A stretch of 64,000 nucleotides of DNA from Camelus ferus (Eukaryota): positions 100,876,001 to 100,940,000 of the forward strand of contig NC_045696.1 in NCBI RefSeq assembly GCF_009834535.1, read 5' to 3'. Shown here one piece after another: positions 39,621-54,109 of the stretch; the stretch's first letter is position 1; the number at the start of each line of letters is the position of its first letter. Made by a program: the position numbers and the translations under genes. The notes below the pieces were generated by a model that was given only the letters and a program-made list of their open reading frames with translations, was not told the DNA's origin and ran no database searches.

Positions 39621-41364
39621 TACTTACAGTAACAAATCTGGTATTTATTGACTTATGGGACATGCCCACTGGAAAATGTTAGTATCACCTACTATTTGTT
39701 CAAATGGACATATTTCATGACCAAAATGATTTTCTAGTGTGAGACCACACAGAGACCTCATATGTGAAGTTTTGGTCAAGGCACACAGCAATATAATAAT
39801 ATGGCAAGGAAGGACCTGAAGAACTGTATTGGCAATCCAAGACTTCATTCTTCCTTGTCTTGCAGTCAATTGTATCATTTGCATTATTAGTGAAGTTTGA
39901 TTCTGGGTAAGATCCCTGATTCTTGTCAATCTGACTTGATCATTCAATTCATTATTTATCTCAACTGTAATACAGGTAGGCACAAGGAATGGCAAAAGCA
40001 TATTAGGTTGGAAGAATTTGGAGAAGGTGAGCCATTTCTGGCAGAGGAACAAAAGATAATTGCATATTTGGGTATTTGCAGAGACTTGACATTATCTGTG
40101 TACAGAAGCGACATTGGGAAGGGAGGAGAAATTAGGAGAAGTTTGGGGTCTGTGATGATGAGAAGCCTTCTCTTCATGATATAACTGAGGGGTGACACTG
40201 TAAAATTCTAAGAAGAGGAATAAGAATTTCTGTTTTATTGAAAGATAAATTTTAGAAACAGAAATTTAAATATTAACATTATAATTTTCAACACATTACA
40301 AAATACCCTCACCTACCCTTCCCCTTGTTACATTTGCAAATGAAAATCAAGTTTTAAAACCTCTAGAAATGATCATAAAGTAACCAGAATTAGTTTGAGG
40401 TGAAAATATTTTTCCTAATTGTTGCTAATTATACCTATGCTGATTCACTGTGTCCACCTGAATATGTTTTTAAAAGATCAATGGTTTGGCTCCAACCTCA
40501 GAGTTTGATAAAATTTAATCAAAAGTAGGGGGCTTGCACAAACTCCCCAGGTGACTGCCATATAGAGACAGGTTTAGAGCAACCGATATGTAAGATTGTA
40601 TGGGTATTGTAGATGCATGGGATTTTTAAAATCTTGTATGTACAGATTTTTAAAAATATAATACTTTTTAATATATGATTAGATAAGATCAGTTGTTTGT
40701 TCTATTCCCAGTAATTATTAAAAAGATGAAGCTACTCGGCCAGACTATGTTCACATTAAGGTATATAGTTATAATTTTATAAAAAGGCAAGTTAATTACA
40801 AATGAAATATTACAATTGCAACATGTAAATAAAATAATAACACAATCATCTAAGTCATCATTTAATTGTTTCCTTATAAGAAGATACATTATTGTCTTGT
40901 TTGCTTCCGTGATGTTGTTTTCTTTCTTTCCTAGAGTCTGTTTATTTCTACTCAAATTATTTATAAATTAATTCACAGGGGGTAGATCAAATGATTACTT
41001 TGTACAGTCAAAAAAGAAAGAAAGACTAATTTAAGCCCTAAACATACTTATATCTACTATGTAATGTAAGAATTAATCCTATTTGATAAAGTTCGAATTA
41101 CTCAAATTACTCGGGTAAGGGTAAGAAATATTAATACAGCAATTACATTTATAATTTCTTAAGAAGAAAGTGTTAAGTTGTGCTTCCTCTGTGTGTGTGT
41201 GTGTGTTTTAATGGAAGTGTCTAGATCTTAATAGCATTTGATTTTTCTCTACTTAATTAATGCACATTGAGTACTGATATTGACCATAATGGGCTTTCTT
41301 AAAAAATAGCTTAAATAAGCCCATTGGAACTGGTTTATGAACCATTCTGATGACTGGCGCTAAG

Positions 41365-41830
41365 TATAATGGGCCTACTAATAGCCCCCAAAGAGTCCCA
41401 AGCCCTAATCCCCAAACCTGTGACTCTGTCACCTTAAATGGCAAAGGGGACTTTGCAGAGGTAAGGAAGTTTCAGTCTGAGATAAAGAGATTAGCCGGAG
41501 TTAGCCAGGATGGGTACAACCCAAGCACACAAGACGTTAAAAGTGGAAAATCTTTCCTCTGTGTATTTAGAAAGACTTGGTGATAGAAGAAGGTTCAGTG
41601 TGATGCTACATTGCTGGTTTAGCAGCTGGAGGACGGAGGGTCACAAGCCAAGGAAAGCATGGGGCCTTTAGAAGATGGAAGGGGCAGGGGAGATTCTCTT
41701 CCCTAGAGCCTCCCCAAAGGGACACAGGCCTACCAACACCATGATTTTAGCCCAGTGACCCGCTGTCAGGCAATTCTACTACACAACTAAAAGACAGCCA
41801 ATTTGTGAGTTGTGTTTAATAGTTTCTCTG
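41365..41830 (+). mobile_element. MaLR LTR (MLT1D/E-like)
   Basis: CCCTAATCCCCAAACCTGTGA...TGGCAAAGGGGACTTTGCAGA, GATTCTCTTCCCTAGAGCCTCC, CCAACACCATGATTTTAGCCCAGTGA. Confidence 0.88.
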
Positions 41831-42404
41831 CTAAAGTTTTCAAAAATATTGGAATAAACAAAACTGAATTGTAAGAAGGCTTACACTTTTGTAAATCAGG
41901 CCTCACTAAAGCTTTTAACAAAAAAGCATACGTGACTAGTTTCTTAGCAACACTTATGAAGAAGGTGTCTCTCACTCTTCCACAAACCAAATTTCAAATC
42001 CAAGAAGAATTAACGCTAAGTTACAATCCCTTAAATTGCCACTGAAACCTACTTTACTTTGAAGCATCTATTTTCCCTTGTGTCTGAACTCCAGGTAAGT
42101 GCACCTCATATGGTGAGGATTTTTTCATCTCTTTAAATTTTCTTCACCTAAGTCTAAAACAGCAAATGAAATAAAATTTTGTGTGCTGACTTTGTGAGGA
42201 ACACAGAAAACCTAGAAAGCTGAGTCTGTCTTCCCAGAGGAAGTCTTTTATTCATTCTTTACTCACAGGTTACTGATTCTAATTTTTCCTTTAGCCATTT
42301 TTATGGTTTTTCTCCTCTCTCTGCTTCTCCACTTGGTCAAATGATATTTAATTATCTTTTGATTACAGTTACTTTGTTAAACATAAAGTTGAATATGTAT
42401 CCAA

Positions 42405-42770
42405 TTACAAATTCATTGAGCTTCTATTATACTTAAGGTTCTATTTTAGGCACTGGCACAAATAGATCCTTTAAGAAAAAAGGAAAAAATTCCTTCCATC
42501 ATGGACCTTGCATCTTAATGACTAGAAAGAGACAACAAGCCAATACTTAAGGGAAACATCTATTTAAGATGGGATGGAAGCTCTGGAGAAAAGGAAGGAG
42601 AAAGTCTAGAGAATGCTGCTAGGAGAGCTTGGGACTCTGAATATGGTGATCAGGGAGGTCCCCACTGAGAAGGTGACGTGTGAGCAAGAGGGGAAAGAGA
42701 TGAGGGAGGGATTTATGCAAGAGGTGGGGTGTGAATGCTGTTGTGGGCACAACATGGCAGGCCAATGACG
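42405..42770 (-). mobile_element. L2 3' fragment
   Basis: ATTCATTGAGCTTCTATT...TTTTAGGCACTG and GGTGATCAGGGAGGTCCCCACTGAGAAGGTGACGTGTGAGCA. Confidence 0.75.
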
Positions 42771-42779
42771 TGGGTTGGT

Positions 42780-43100
42780 AGAAGAATTACCAGAGACTGA
42801 GAAGAGTTTGGGAAAGTTTAATAGGTACACTGCTATAGGCAACAGTGGGCCACACAGGCAAGAGGTGAGAGCTGGGGATGGCCGTGCAGGGTCTTTTATT
42901 GGGGGTAGGAGGCTGTGATCACAAGGACTAGGGGCTGCATGATCAATTCACGCACAGGGAGCTGATTGGTTGTCAGGGACATCTCTGAACAATAGGGTTT
43001 AGGACTTGACAAGCTGCAGGATGTGAGACCTGTCCTTCTGAGCAGGGCTATCTCCTGGGGAGATGAGTTTTGTTAGGATAAACATACATCAAGAGTTGCT
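42780..43100 (-). mobile_element. Possible old LTR fragment
   Basis: G-rich with minus-strand AATAAAA and CCAATCAG motifs. Family not identified. Confidence 0.35.
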
Positions 43101-44396
43101 TTCATCCTGAAGATCAGGGACATCAAAGAGCCAGGATGGCTCAAGCAGAAGGAGAGGGGAGAGGAGTGGTGGGAGCCAACGCTGACTGGTCTGAAAGCTA
43201 CACAACAGATACCTCAGAGCTCTCCCTTCGGGGCCCCTTCCACGACCATAAGGGACCCTAGAGAAGTCTCCTCGGTATGATATGTTCTATGATGTTTTTA
43301 CAATTCATCAGCTTTTTTTTAAATTAGTAAATTGTGATGCCTGACCTCATTCTAAAGAGATATGCTCCCTTTTGTGTCTAAATTCATATTTGTAATTGAC
43401 TGTACTACTACTTAAAGAAAATACTTAATTCATTCAAAACCTGGGAACCCCCTCCTAAGAGGTGATAGCCAAGAGATAAGGAAGGCGAGGGGAAGTGGAG
43501 GTGGAGGCTGGAGATGGAGAGGAGGCAGGTATGTACTTACTTTTAATTTTGCCCTGCTTCATGCATCACATACAGGTTAATGAATTCTGTGCTCCTCCAG
43601 TCAGGAGAAAAATGCTAAGATGACAATGTCCGTAAGTGTGGTATCACACAAAAGTAAGGGAGCAGATGGATTTTTCAATTACAATTTGGAATTAGAAAGT
43701 ATAATCTCTTATTCACAGAACCTTATAAATCCTTTAAAGAAGTTGATAGGAATACCAGTAGAACCAATTTAGCCAACCTGGCAGGCACTGAGGAGAACAC
43801 AATGAAAACAATAAATGTTGCTGATTGCAACCCAGAGAATCAGCAAAGCTAAATCTTAAGCCGATAGTAGAAGAATTGAAAAATGTGTTTGATGGTTTTT
43901 TGCATGTGTTCCTTTTCTTAGAGAGTCAGCAAGCAGCTGTTTTATTATATACAGAAAGAAGCCACGTCCCAAATTTGACAAGAAAGTCAGCAAAAATAAA
44001 TTTAAGAGTTGGTTTTCATGACTAAGTGCACACAAATCAAATGTTCTGCATTCGACAACTAACCGTAGCTGGAATGCAAAAACAATGCACAACTCTGGGG
44101 ACTTGGCTGGCTTATCTTCTGAGGTTTTCAAATGTGCTTTCTTTTGCTTTAAATCCTATTGACTTCACTTGATTAAAAAAAAAAAAAAGGTCTGTAAAAG
44201 GAATGGAAAATTTATACACTGCCAAATGATACTGAGTGAGACCATTCTGAGATTTTCAGTGTTATCAAATATAAGAAAGAATATTGTCAGCAACGCAATA
44301 CAAGCTTTGCCAAGATTAAAATCTTCTCTCATTTCAGAAAGAAATGTGTAACATAAATTGTATTCTGGATTTTATATTAAGTAAAGAAGTCAATCT

Positions 44397-44455
44397 CTTT
44401 CTCTCTCTCTCTCTCTGGTGTATACATATATATACACACACACACACATACATAT
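44397..44455. repeat. Compound (CT)n/(TA)n/(CA)n microsatellite
   Basis: Directly visible. Confidence 0.9.
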
Positions 44456-46642
44456 GCAATACCTATATGAGATGACATCTTTATTATTTTTCTCATATAT
44501 AATGTAAAAAATAGGCTTTTGAAATCTAGTGAACTTCATAAAAACATGAGTAGAAAAATAGAATTTGACTTCCTGTAAATCTATAATTATTTCAAGATAA
44601 GAAATTAAAATACGTATTTAATTTTAAAAAATCAAAGTCTCTTCTTTGTATATACTGGGACAATTTAAATAGCAAAATGGTTTATCTTATGGTTACTAGT
44701 CTATAGACATCCTACTTTCTTTTTTAATTTTGTTAATTCATGTTTCTATAGAGAAATTATGCCCTTCATTTAAAGATGTAAATATAGTCTTACATATTTT
44801 TAAATGATAAATTAGTTATTTTCCTTTGAGGAATATGGGACCTAAATTATCCTCAGAGAGCTGAATTCAGCCTTCAGATCTTTAACCACATATTCTATAA
44901 CATAAGACATGATAGGAATTAAATAACAGTGAACAACAAATAACGTCAAGAAGAGTATGATAACTATTGCACCTGTACTCTGATGAATAGAATCCAAATG
45001 AGGATTAACTTTAATTTGACAGTCACTGAAACATATTCGTGTATGCATGTCCTTTTAAAGTGGTCACAAAAGAGCTTGTCTATATAGTAAATGGAAATGT
45101 GTTATATTTTCAGTATTTTGTCTTCTTTCTTTAAGGAGAGTAAAGAAAAGAATCTCAAGAAATACATTGATTCAAAAAATAGCAACTTTGTAATAGGACA
45201 ACCTAGCATGTCAATAGGGAGAAAAAAATCTCAAAAAAATAAATTATCCATATTTAGAGTTTTGGGAAAAGAACTGTAACCCCTTTCAACTCTATATTCT
45301 CAGCACAGATTTCAAATGCTTCTCTCCCTCAGCCAGAGTGTTGCCTGATGGCAGCTCCCTGCTGACTACATAAGGCCATTCTGGCGGGGAGTCTGGGGAG
45401 GGATCTCACTTTGAACCAGTATCAAACTAGTAATCTGACCAGCTTCTGAAAGAAACCAGGAAGACAATGGTCCCTGATAAGGACTTTGTTCTCAATAAAA
45501 AGGTGCTGGATGAAAAAAAATGATGCTTTGATGACTAAAACAAAGCTTATGAATATAAATGTAATGTTTGTTATGATAAATTATGAAGATAATTTCAGAA
45601 TGTATCTTTAAACAAGTGCACAAAAAGGGAAAGTTGGTTACTGACCTGAACTGAAAAAATGAAAACAAAACTTTTTTAGTGGAGGTCCAATATATTTTGA
45701 GTAGTGAAATATAAAGTCACATACACAGACATACAGTTGCATCTACCAATAATAAACATTTCCACTCAGCCCTGAACAGTAGGCTGGGCATGCTAGTTTT
45801 CTGTTTAACAAGCTAAGGCGTCAAACACTTTGTCCATGGGTACATGATTTACTAAGTTGAAATCTAGAATTTTTTTCTTTCAAATTAGATCAGACAGTGA
45901 TAATGATAAATATTATAAATTAATATAGCATGGCATGCTAATTAATACACTCTGGTAGTCCTACTCGTGGCCCCTCAGACTTAAAGGAATTCTATGTAAG
46001 TCAGAAAAAACAAGAAACGAGGAAGCAGAGACCCTCTCTCTCAATTATTATAGGACTTCTGAATCGATACTCCATTTCAAGTAATGTTTATCAGAAATTT
46101 AAAATGGTTACTTATTATTTATGTACATAAGTAAGTAAAAAATTGCTTTTACAATTATAGTTTTGATTTGAGAACTTAACAGTTCTGTAAGTTTGGTCAC
46201 AAATATAAACTGCTTCATTTCTTTCAGCTTGTTAAAAATGTGTGATTGGCTTATTTCTAAGTGCAAGTTAGAAATGAGATTCTGCTTTTTAAATTACATT
46301 TCAATTTGAATTAAGGCCTTCATGTTTATTGGCATACTCTGAGCATCTTGGCCACAGGCCAGTCTCCTTTGTTGCATTTTAAATCATCAGTATGAGGAAT
46401 AGGCTATGCAAATAGAATAAATTGAGGAGTTAGGGAGTGTTATTACTAAGTACAGTTGAACTTTATTCCTATTCTACAGAATAACTTTGAAAATTACTTG
46501 GTCAATATTTATTAATACATCTTGCCCTAAGCAAAAGTCAGTGATATGAGACACTGTGTTAAATATGGATGGCAAACCGAGCAAAATTCAAGGAAAAATA
46601 TGCATGAATAAAAATGCATTGTTGGGTTCTTCTTCTGGAAGA

Positions 46643-47180
46643 AGTGGTATTTTCCAGTGGTTAAATTGCAGGCTAAGCCAGGCCATTTTAGTTTGAATCC
46701 CTTTTCTGCCCCTTGACAGCTGTGGGATTTGCACGTTACTTCATGTCATTGCACATGAAGTTAGTTTCCTCATCTGCGGTGCAGGGACAATTATAGACCT
46801 ACCTCATCGATATGATGTGAGGACTCAAAGGATTTTTTAGAAAATAGATCTGTACTGCAGACCAGTGCTGATCTGCAAAATGTACTAGTTTCTGTTTGGG
46901 TAAGGACAGAATTTTGGAATAATCATTAGAAATTTTACAGTAGTTTTACAGATTAATTCTGGCTATTGACTGTAATAATTTTAAAATAGTTGTAATCTGC
47001 CTTTTAAAGTTTTATTTTATAGTAATTCATGTTTCCTATTTTACAGAAGTATTTGTCTGTGATGCATTCCATATGGACAACAGTCACACAAGCAAGAAAG
47101 TCCTTCCCCCAAAATATTTTGAAAGACGCTGATCTAAAATTCTTAGAAAATTGCTTACTGTATAGTAAGTGCTCAATGGT
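46643..47180 (+). mobile_element. MIR interrupted by a hAT-Charlie-like element (about 46840-47120)
   Basis: MIR core AGTTTCCTCATCTG...ACCTACCTCAT at about 46763-46830; the MIR tail ATAGTAAGTGCTCAAT resumes at about 47160. The intervening block GCAGACCAGTGCTGATCTGCAAA...TTTTACAGAAGTATTTGTCTGTGA resembles Charlie-type MITEs. Confidence 0.65.
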
Positions 47181-47699
47181 GGTATTCACAAAACGAAGGG
47201 ATAAAATTCACCTATGCTATTAAAACATTTCTTCAGGTAAACCACCAAGAGCCATAGCAGATAATGTCATCACACCATCCCCCACCCTCCTACATAATGT
47301 GACTGTCAACAGAGTTCTACAAAGATCAATCATCCTTTATTCAACTATTTTTCTCAACTTTCAAACAATTCTTAACCTTTTGTCGCATTAGCTAGATCTT
47401 AAATGAAGCAAATTAAGTTAGTTCTGGTGAGACCTTAGCATGTAATTATTTTAGCAGTGACAAATTACAGACTTAAATTATGAAAACTTTTCATTTCTAC
47501 TGTGGAACTCATCACAATTTTCTTACTATGGATTTTATATTTTAAAAGTAACATATGCTCATAAAATCAATGTGATACGGAACTTTGTAAAGAGATAAAT
47601 AACAACACTCTTACAATTTACCCAACCCCATGCCTGTCACCACAGTGCCTCATTTTAGCAGTTTGGAATGAATCCTTCTAGTCATTTAGCTAAGGAGGA

Positions 47700-48235
47700 G
47701 ATGAATTATTTGGAAGATAATATGGACTCAACATATGGAAAATAAAAATGAATGTCACTGTATGCTATTTATGAAAATTTCACACAGAATAATGATTTAA
47801 GTGCCAAAGGTAAAATTATCAGTATAAGTAAGAAGATAGAGATGAATGTTCTCATTACACATAAGTAGGGAACAGTCTAAAACAACCACACACATAAACT
47901 AAAAGAAGAAGAAAAAAAAAGATGGGCTTACATAGTATATCTAATGGAAAGATTTCAGTTTAATTAAGAACATTCTGAACAAAGTTAAAAGGTAAGTGAC
48001 TGTGGTTAATACTTGCAATGCATAAAACTGACAAGAATATAAAAATAATACTTACAAATCAATAAAGAAAATGTAATGAAATATATTATAAAATTAACAA
48101 ATGCTATGAATCAGGAAGTTTACAGATGAAAAACATGAGTGAAAAAAATAATGCAAATGAGAACAAATACAAGATATCACTTTACATTAGACCAGACAAA
48201 ATGTTAATAAATTTGAAGAGAACGTAAAAGCAATA
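47700..48235 (+). mobile_element. Old L1 ORF2 fragment
   Basis: AACAAAGTTAAAAGGTAAGTGAC, CTTACAAATCAATAAAGAAAA, AATGCAAATGAGAACAAATACAAGATATCAC. Confidence 0.65.
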
Positions 48236-48864
48236 CTAATGTAGGGCTGAAGGGAGTATGTGTTAAAAAGTGTGCATGTAAAAAGCATGAATTACAATAT
48301 CTGAGCTTGTTCTGAGTCTTTAAGGATGGGCGGGACTTGAATGGAAACAGTTTGTAACTTTAGACAATGAGAATAACTGATATGCTCGCAGAAGTGAAGT
48401 TAATGTATGTTTGTGTGGGATGGGGGGTTAGTGCTATGACTGGGCTTGATTTATCAAATTATTTACAGCCCTGAGCAGAATGTGAGCATATGGTGGAGAA
48501 TAGATCTGGGGGAAAAAAAAATAAAAGAGCCAAGGGCATATCTCTACTCGGTAATATATCTAGTGAACAAGAGCAGATAAATCGATTAAAAATGGCATGC
48601 AGGCTGATAAAGTATGTCAGTCTGGTTTTCGTCCACGTCCCAAGTGGAGGGAAAGTTTTAGCCAGCAAAGATGTTGCCTTGACAGTGTATTGACCCTCGA
48701 TAACCTCTAGAACCACTTACTTTGCAGGGACGTAGAGGATTTTTTGGCCAAATATTTGAGGAGCTGTCAGCATGTTACGTGAGTTAAGTACTGCATTTCA
48801 CTTTTTGGAAGACAACACAAGTAAAATTTTTCTATCGTGCCAATATGTTGAATTTTCTTTTAGG

Positions 48865-49035
48865 CTTCAGAAGCGTTCTCATGTATTTGTTATAACCTTG
48901 TAAGGTTTATAATGCTGTGCACCTTCATTTTCACACAAGAGGAAGCTGATTGCCAGATAGATTAGGAGATTTCTGCAGGGTCACAAACCAAGTCAGGAGG
49001 AGATCCTGACTAAAGGCCTCAGCTAAGTCCAAAAG
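48865..49035 (-). mobile_element. MIR fragment
   Basis: CTTCATTTTCACACAAGAGGAAGCTGA...CAGGGTCACAAA. Confidence 0.6.
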
Positions 49036-49854
49036 AACCGAAGCCATAACACAACGGGCTCCCGTGATCATGACAAATTTTATTTCCTCTTCTTGTTACA
49101 CTCAGCTGGCTCCTCCAGCCACTTACGGGAGAAGAGTCACAGCTGGAAAAGCTTACAGATACAGAAATTATAAAAGACTTCTTAAAACTGAACATACTAC
49201 AAAGTTGTAGTCTAATCTGAACTAGAGTAGCTAGTGGTATATATTTTAGTACAGCTACAACTCATTTTTCTTCAGAACTATTTTCCAGAAGCACAATTAT
49301 CTCAAAATAGCAAACACAGAATATCAAATACACACCGTCCTCAAAATCCAGAAAGTGTCTAAAATAGCAGGCAAGTTCAAAATCTGAGTGAAAAACACCC
49401 TCTAAAATATGCAAGTTATATTTTATAAACAGTAAAGATAAGATGACTGTGTAAATCTTATTGTTGAAATTCCACAGTCCTATAGAAACGAGAAATTTGA
49501 AAACCTTAATCTGATATAAATGAGATATTTGGGTTCAAAGTGTCTTTGCTCTGGAAAAGACCTAAACCTAAAGGCCCAGTGTTAGTGATTTCTTGGAAAG
49601 TCAACTGGCGAATTACTGACTTTTTCTAAAGAGCAAAAGAACAGTGAAAGCTTAGATCTAGTAAAAAATACTGAATTCTAAATTCTGATAGTGAAACAAA
49701 TCTCAGTTGCCTCTTGGAATATTACATGACAGGAGAGTCCTAAGTTGTCACTGTCAGTGTAGAAACAGTCTTCTATTTCTGGCTTGTTTACACGATTTTA
49801 AAATTTCTTTCTTTATGCCTTTTTTTAGTTTATAAGAATCTTACCTATTCTTGC

Positions 49855-50050
49855 ACTTTTATTTAAGTATAATTGACATACAAGACTGTAAGTTTAAAGT
49901 GACTTACATGCATCATGAAATAACTGAGTTTAGTGGACATCCATCATCTCATAGAGGCACGAAATATAAAATAAAATAAAATAATTTCCTTGTGCTGAGC
50001 ACTCTTACGATTTACTCTCTTACCAACTTTCATACGGAACATACAGCAGT
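49855..50050 (-). mobile_element. L1 3'UTR tip (L1MA9/laurasiatherian-type)
   Basis: TTTTATTTAAGTATAATTGACATACAA...GTTTAGTGGACATCCATCATCTCATAGA...GATTTACTCTCTTACCAACTTTCA. Confidence 0.8.
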
Positions 50051-50110
50051 CACGCTGGGGATTATGGCTTCAACGTGTGAATTTTAGAAGGGTACATTCC
50101 ATCCATAACA
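50050..50110 (-). mobile_element. MaLR (MLT1A-like) LTR 5' tip
   Basis: TCACGCTGGGGATTATGGCTTCAACGTGTGAATTTT...CATTCCATCCATAACA. Confidence 0.7.
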
Positions 50111-53100
50111 GGAAGCTAGACCTTGAGCACAGGTTTGATTTTTGTTATTAGTTTTGGTTTATTTATTTGCTTGTTTTAACTCCCTTCATACCACCAGACA
50201 GCCTGCTAATGAACTAAGGCTACATGTATTAGAAGTTTTTGCAGCAAGAGAGAACACCACCTTGAGTCTTAGCAGTGTCTCAGACGGGCAGGTCAGAAGA
50301 GGTAGGGACGCAGGGATTGGTTGTCTAGCTTCTGGTGGTTTAGGAACAAGCAAGGAACCGCATGGAAGAGGGCAAAGTTCCTGATCTAATGGTTTAGGGT
50401 TGGTGGAAACAGAGATGAGGGTCTTGACCTGAGTCTCGATAAGTAAGTTGTGTAATAAGTACACTGTTGGCACTGGTGAGTAAATTGTTGTCTCTCATAA
50501 ATTGATCTGTAGGAATTTTCTAAACCAGTGAAATTATTTATTAATCCACACTCTTTCTCTGGCAAAGATCTACTGGAAAAAAACAACTAAGCAAAGTTGA
50601 CACAGGTGGTGTGCAATCTTATCTAAATCACCTCGACACAGATGGCTTTGGTTCTCATTTTAGTTTCAAATGTGTATCTTTCTTGTTTTACTGAGCTTCT
50701 TTCTTAAAAGGTATGGAAATTTGCAAAAGGCAATGAATGACAGGTGTGGGGAAGACAGGGAGAGTTACAAATTCTATTTTTTTTAATAGAGGGATATCTG
50801 TCCATATAATGTCTCTTAAATATAACACCTTTTACGTAAAATTCCTTTTCATGGAAAATTGATAGTGTGGAAAAAGAACCTCCTCGACAGGGAAAATCCA
50901 TTTTAATGTTTCTCATATTTTAATAGCCCTGTTTATGACAGCAATAGCATAAATACAAGATGTTCAATGCATGTTTAAAGATTTAAATCAATATTTTTAG
51001 TAGTAATGCATGTCTATTGTTTTCAGCACTTAGACAGCACTAAAATTGAAATTAAATGCTACACATTTTAAAAAGCACAAGAACTCTAATAGACTTAGCC
51101 AGAAGCTAATATAAATTTACCACCAAGCATATGAGAGGTGAGGCTTTGCTGGAAGAAACTAGAATATCTAAGCCTAGAGAAACTATGTTCAAAGGGGTTT
51201 ATAATTAAGGAGTTGAACTGACTGGATGTCAACTGGCTGATCTCTACTGACAAAAAGAATTAAGCAACACAATTTTCATGGATGAATGCAAATCAAATCA
51301 CCTTCCTTATAAAGACAATTTAAATGTCTGCCCTCCCATGCAGTCAATAGGTCAATGTTTTGTCAGAACCTAAAGATTTTTTAACATCTTCATTCCAGAA
51401 ATGGGAGAAGCCCACAGGCTTTCCTTTCAAGATGCTGCAAAAACAAAGTCCCTTCCTGCAGGCTTACGTTAGCATGCTTGTTTTATTTTGCTTTCTTGGG
51501 GCAGACATCAGTGTTATGTGGTGAAGGAACTATTCAGCGAGACATTTGTTTAGTTAGAAAGGAAAGTTAGTTAGAAACTCACTTAAACTATTTTGGTTCT
51601 TAGTTTCCTTATGCTATGGGGTTTGTGGTAGGATTAGCTATTACCCTAGAAACCCTGTAGACTGAAAACAGGCAAGGGCTACTGGAGAAAATTACAAAGT
51701 GTACTGCCCAAACAAGTGTAGCCCAGTTAGTGACACAGATCTTGTCAGCAGTGTAAGGACAATTCTTATACTTTCCAAGGCGTAACCTATTTACTAGTTT
51801 CCACCCTCGAAACCAAGAAAATCATTTAAAATCCACTTAAGGGAAATGTTAAGGAGAATGAAGGCATTTCACGTAAGAAAAAAAATAATGAAGTTGACAT
51901 GGAAATGATTAATACTTGATATTACTGGTCTAAATTGTGAAAATAAACATATAAGCAAAGCAATGATATTATTACTGTTGGTTTTCTAAAATCACCACTA
52001 AGAAAGTGCAGTTGGAAACATCTGCTTAACATTAAGAAGACCACAAGAAAGGGATTCTCAGTCAAATGATGGTGCTCTTTGGTGGAATCAGCCTTCTACC
52101 CTTTGTCTCTCTGTCTTTATCTGTCTCTTGTAGTGAGAGACTGCTCACTTCTATTCATGAAGTGTGGCCACTTTTGAGCCTCAGGGTCTGTTACTTAAGA
52201 GTTTGTCTTTCTCCCTTATAGGAGGTAACAGCCTCACACACATGGGGGAATAACAACTCTACAATCTCCCTGGAGGGAGAGCTTCCCCACCTGTGTGAGT
52301 GATTTCTGAATGGTGCATGGCCCGAGGCATGAATGAAAATGTAAGAATGGGGCCATCTGGATTTCCTCCTCATCGAGGCTCTCATTAGGTCAGACTTGTT
52401 AGAAGTTTCTGGTTCTACTAGCTGCCGGATAGACCTGACAGACCGTAACACCTGATTCTCCTCAGCTTCTTCAGCAGATATATAACTGCTTTCTATGAAT
52501 GACCTGCTTAAATCTGACTATAAAATAAATATGTATGAAGTCATTTCAATAACATTGTAATATCTAAAAAATAATTTTTGGTAATATAATCCACTACATT
52601 TTTCTTTAATAAAACTCTGGAATAGTATAACCTTGAAAATCTTTTCCCCCTTTACTACACTTGCATAATTTTTAAATTAAAGTCCTAGGGTTTGATATTA
52701 TTTTTCCTCCTATAGTTTATCATCAATCATAATCATTTCTCCATTTCTCTACTCTGTGAATTTAAATGCCATGTTAGCAATTGCTGTTTATCCTTCTCTC
52801 AAGATTTAGTTTCCTTTTTATTAGTGAGTATGCATTTTATGAATAACAATACATATATAATTGCTCAGAAATCCAGACCTTAAATCACAGCAGATTGTTA
52901 AATTTAAATTTAAATGAAGCTTACATTTAATGAGGGACTATCATATATGCATATATGGTTATAAGATGCTATCTGCAATATATTTTGCATGTGTTTGCTT
53001 ATACCCTCTAAAAGAAGAGTGAGAAAAGATAGCTCAATTCTAGGAATATTCAGCAACAAGTATATGCATGTTCTTCGATTGGCAGGCACAATATTTTAAA

Positions 53101-54109
53101 ATTCTAAAAGGCAGAAATGAATTATTAGACTAAACTTTATTGTGTATATATTTATTTCTTTCCTTTTTCTTCTACTGAAACAGAGATCTAAGGCTTTTGC
53201 CTAACAAGCCACACATATTTTAAAATGCAGATTCAAATCTAAGTATTACTTTGAGTTGGCAGACATATTCCAGCTATTGAAATTTTATCTTTAGATTAAA
53301 AAAATCTTAGCAGTATAAAAGGTAAAAAGTAAGAATTTTTTTTTGCACAGAGAACACATTTGAATAGTAACAATCTGATGCTTCGAATTTTGGAAAGCTA
53401 CATAATGAAAAATGCAAATATCTTTCTACACATGACATGCTGCTAAAATATTTCCCTTATGTCTGACTTTTAAAGACTTAGGTAGTAAAAATGCACAACA
53501 TCTACATTATTGGGTTATCATTTCCACATATATACATAAACATTCTTCTATTTAAATATTAAGGTTGTAATTCCTATATAGGGGACACTAATTTATCATA
53601 AATAAATTTAATAATGGCAAGTATTTCCTTATTGTTAGAATATGACATAATTCATTAAAAATAGAAGTTAACACAGATTTATTTCTCAATAGAGAGATTA
53701 GAGAGATGGATAAATAGATGGATGTATGTGTGTGTATGTGTGGTTTATAATGCATTGTAAACCTTACAAGAGAAGAATTAATGATAGATGACAATAAACA
53801 AGAAAATACAATGAACATACTTTGCATGAAAAGCATAGAAGTTGTTTTCATAGTAAATGACAATACCTCAGATTTGAAACACAAACTCAGTAAAGGTTTG
53901 AGTAACCTCTCTAATAACCTGTTCTTATTCTTCAGAAAATGCAGATTAAATTTCAAAGACTCAATAATCTGTTCATCCCTTAAATCTCAAATAACATGAA
54001 GGCTTCTTGACCAAACCTTCTCCTGAAAGGATCTAATTTCCCTTCTGTGCTCTCTAATTTCCCCATCCAATTGTCAGTCCTTAAGCATCACAAGCAAGGT
54101 AGAATTAAT

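Noticed and set aside
39645..40052. 135-aa minus ORF next to an LTR as a retroviral env remnant
   Set aside because: No CX6CC, immunosuppressive domain or furin site; the underlying DNA looks like decayed MIR/L2.
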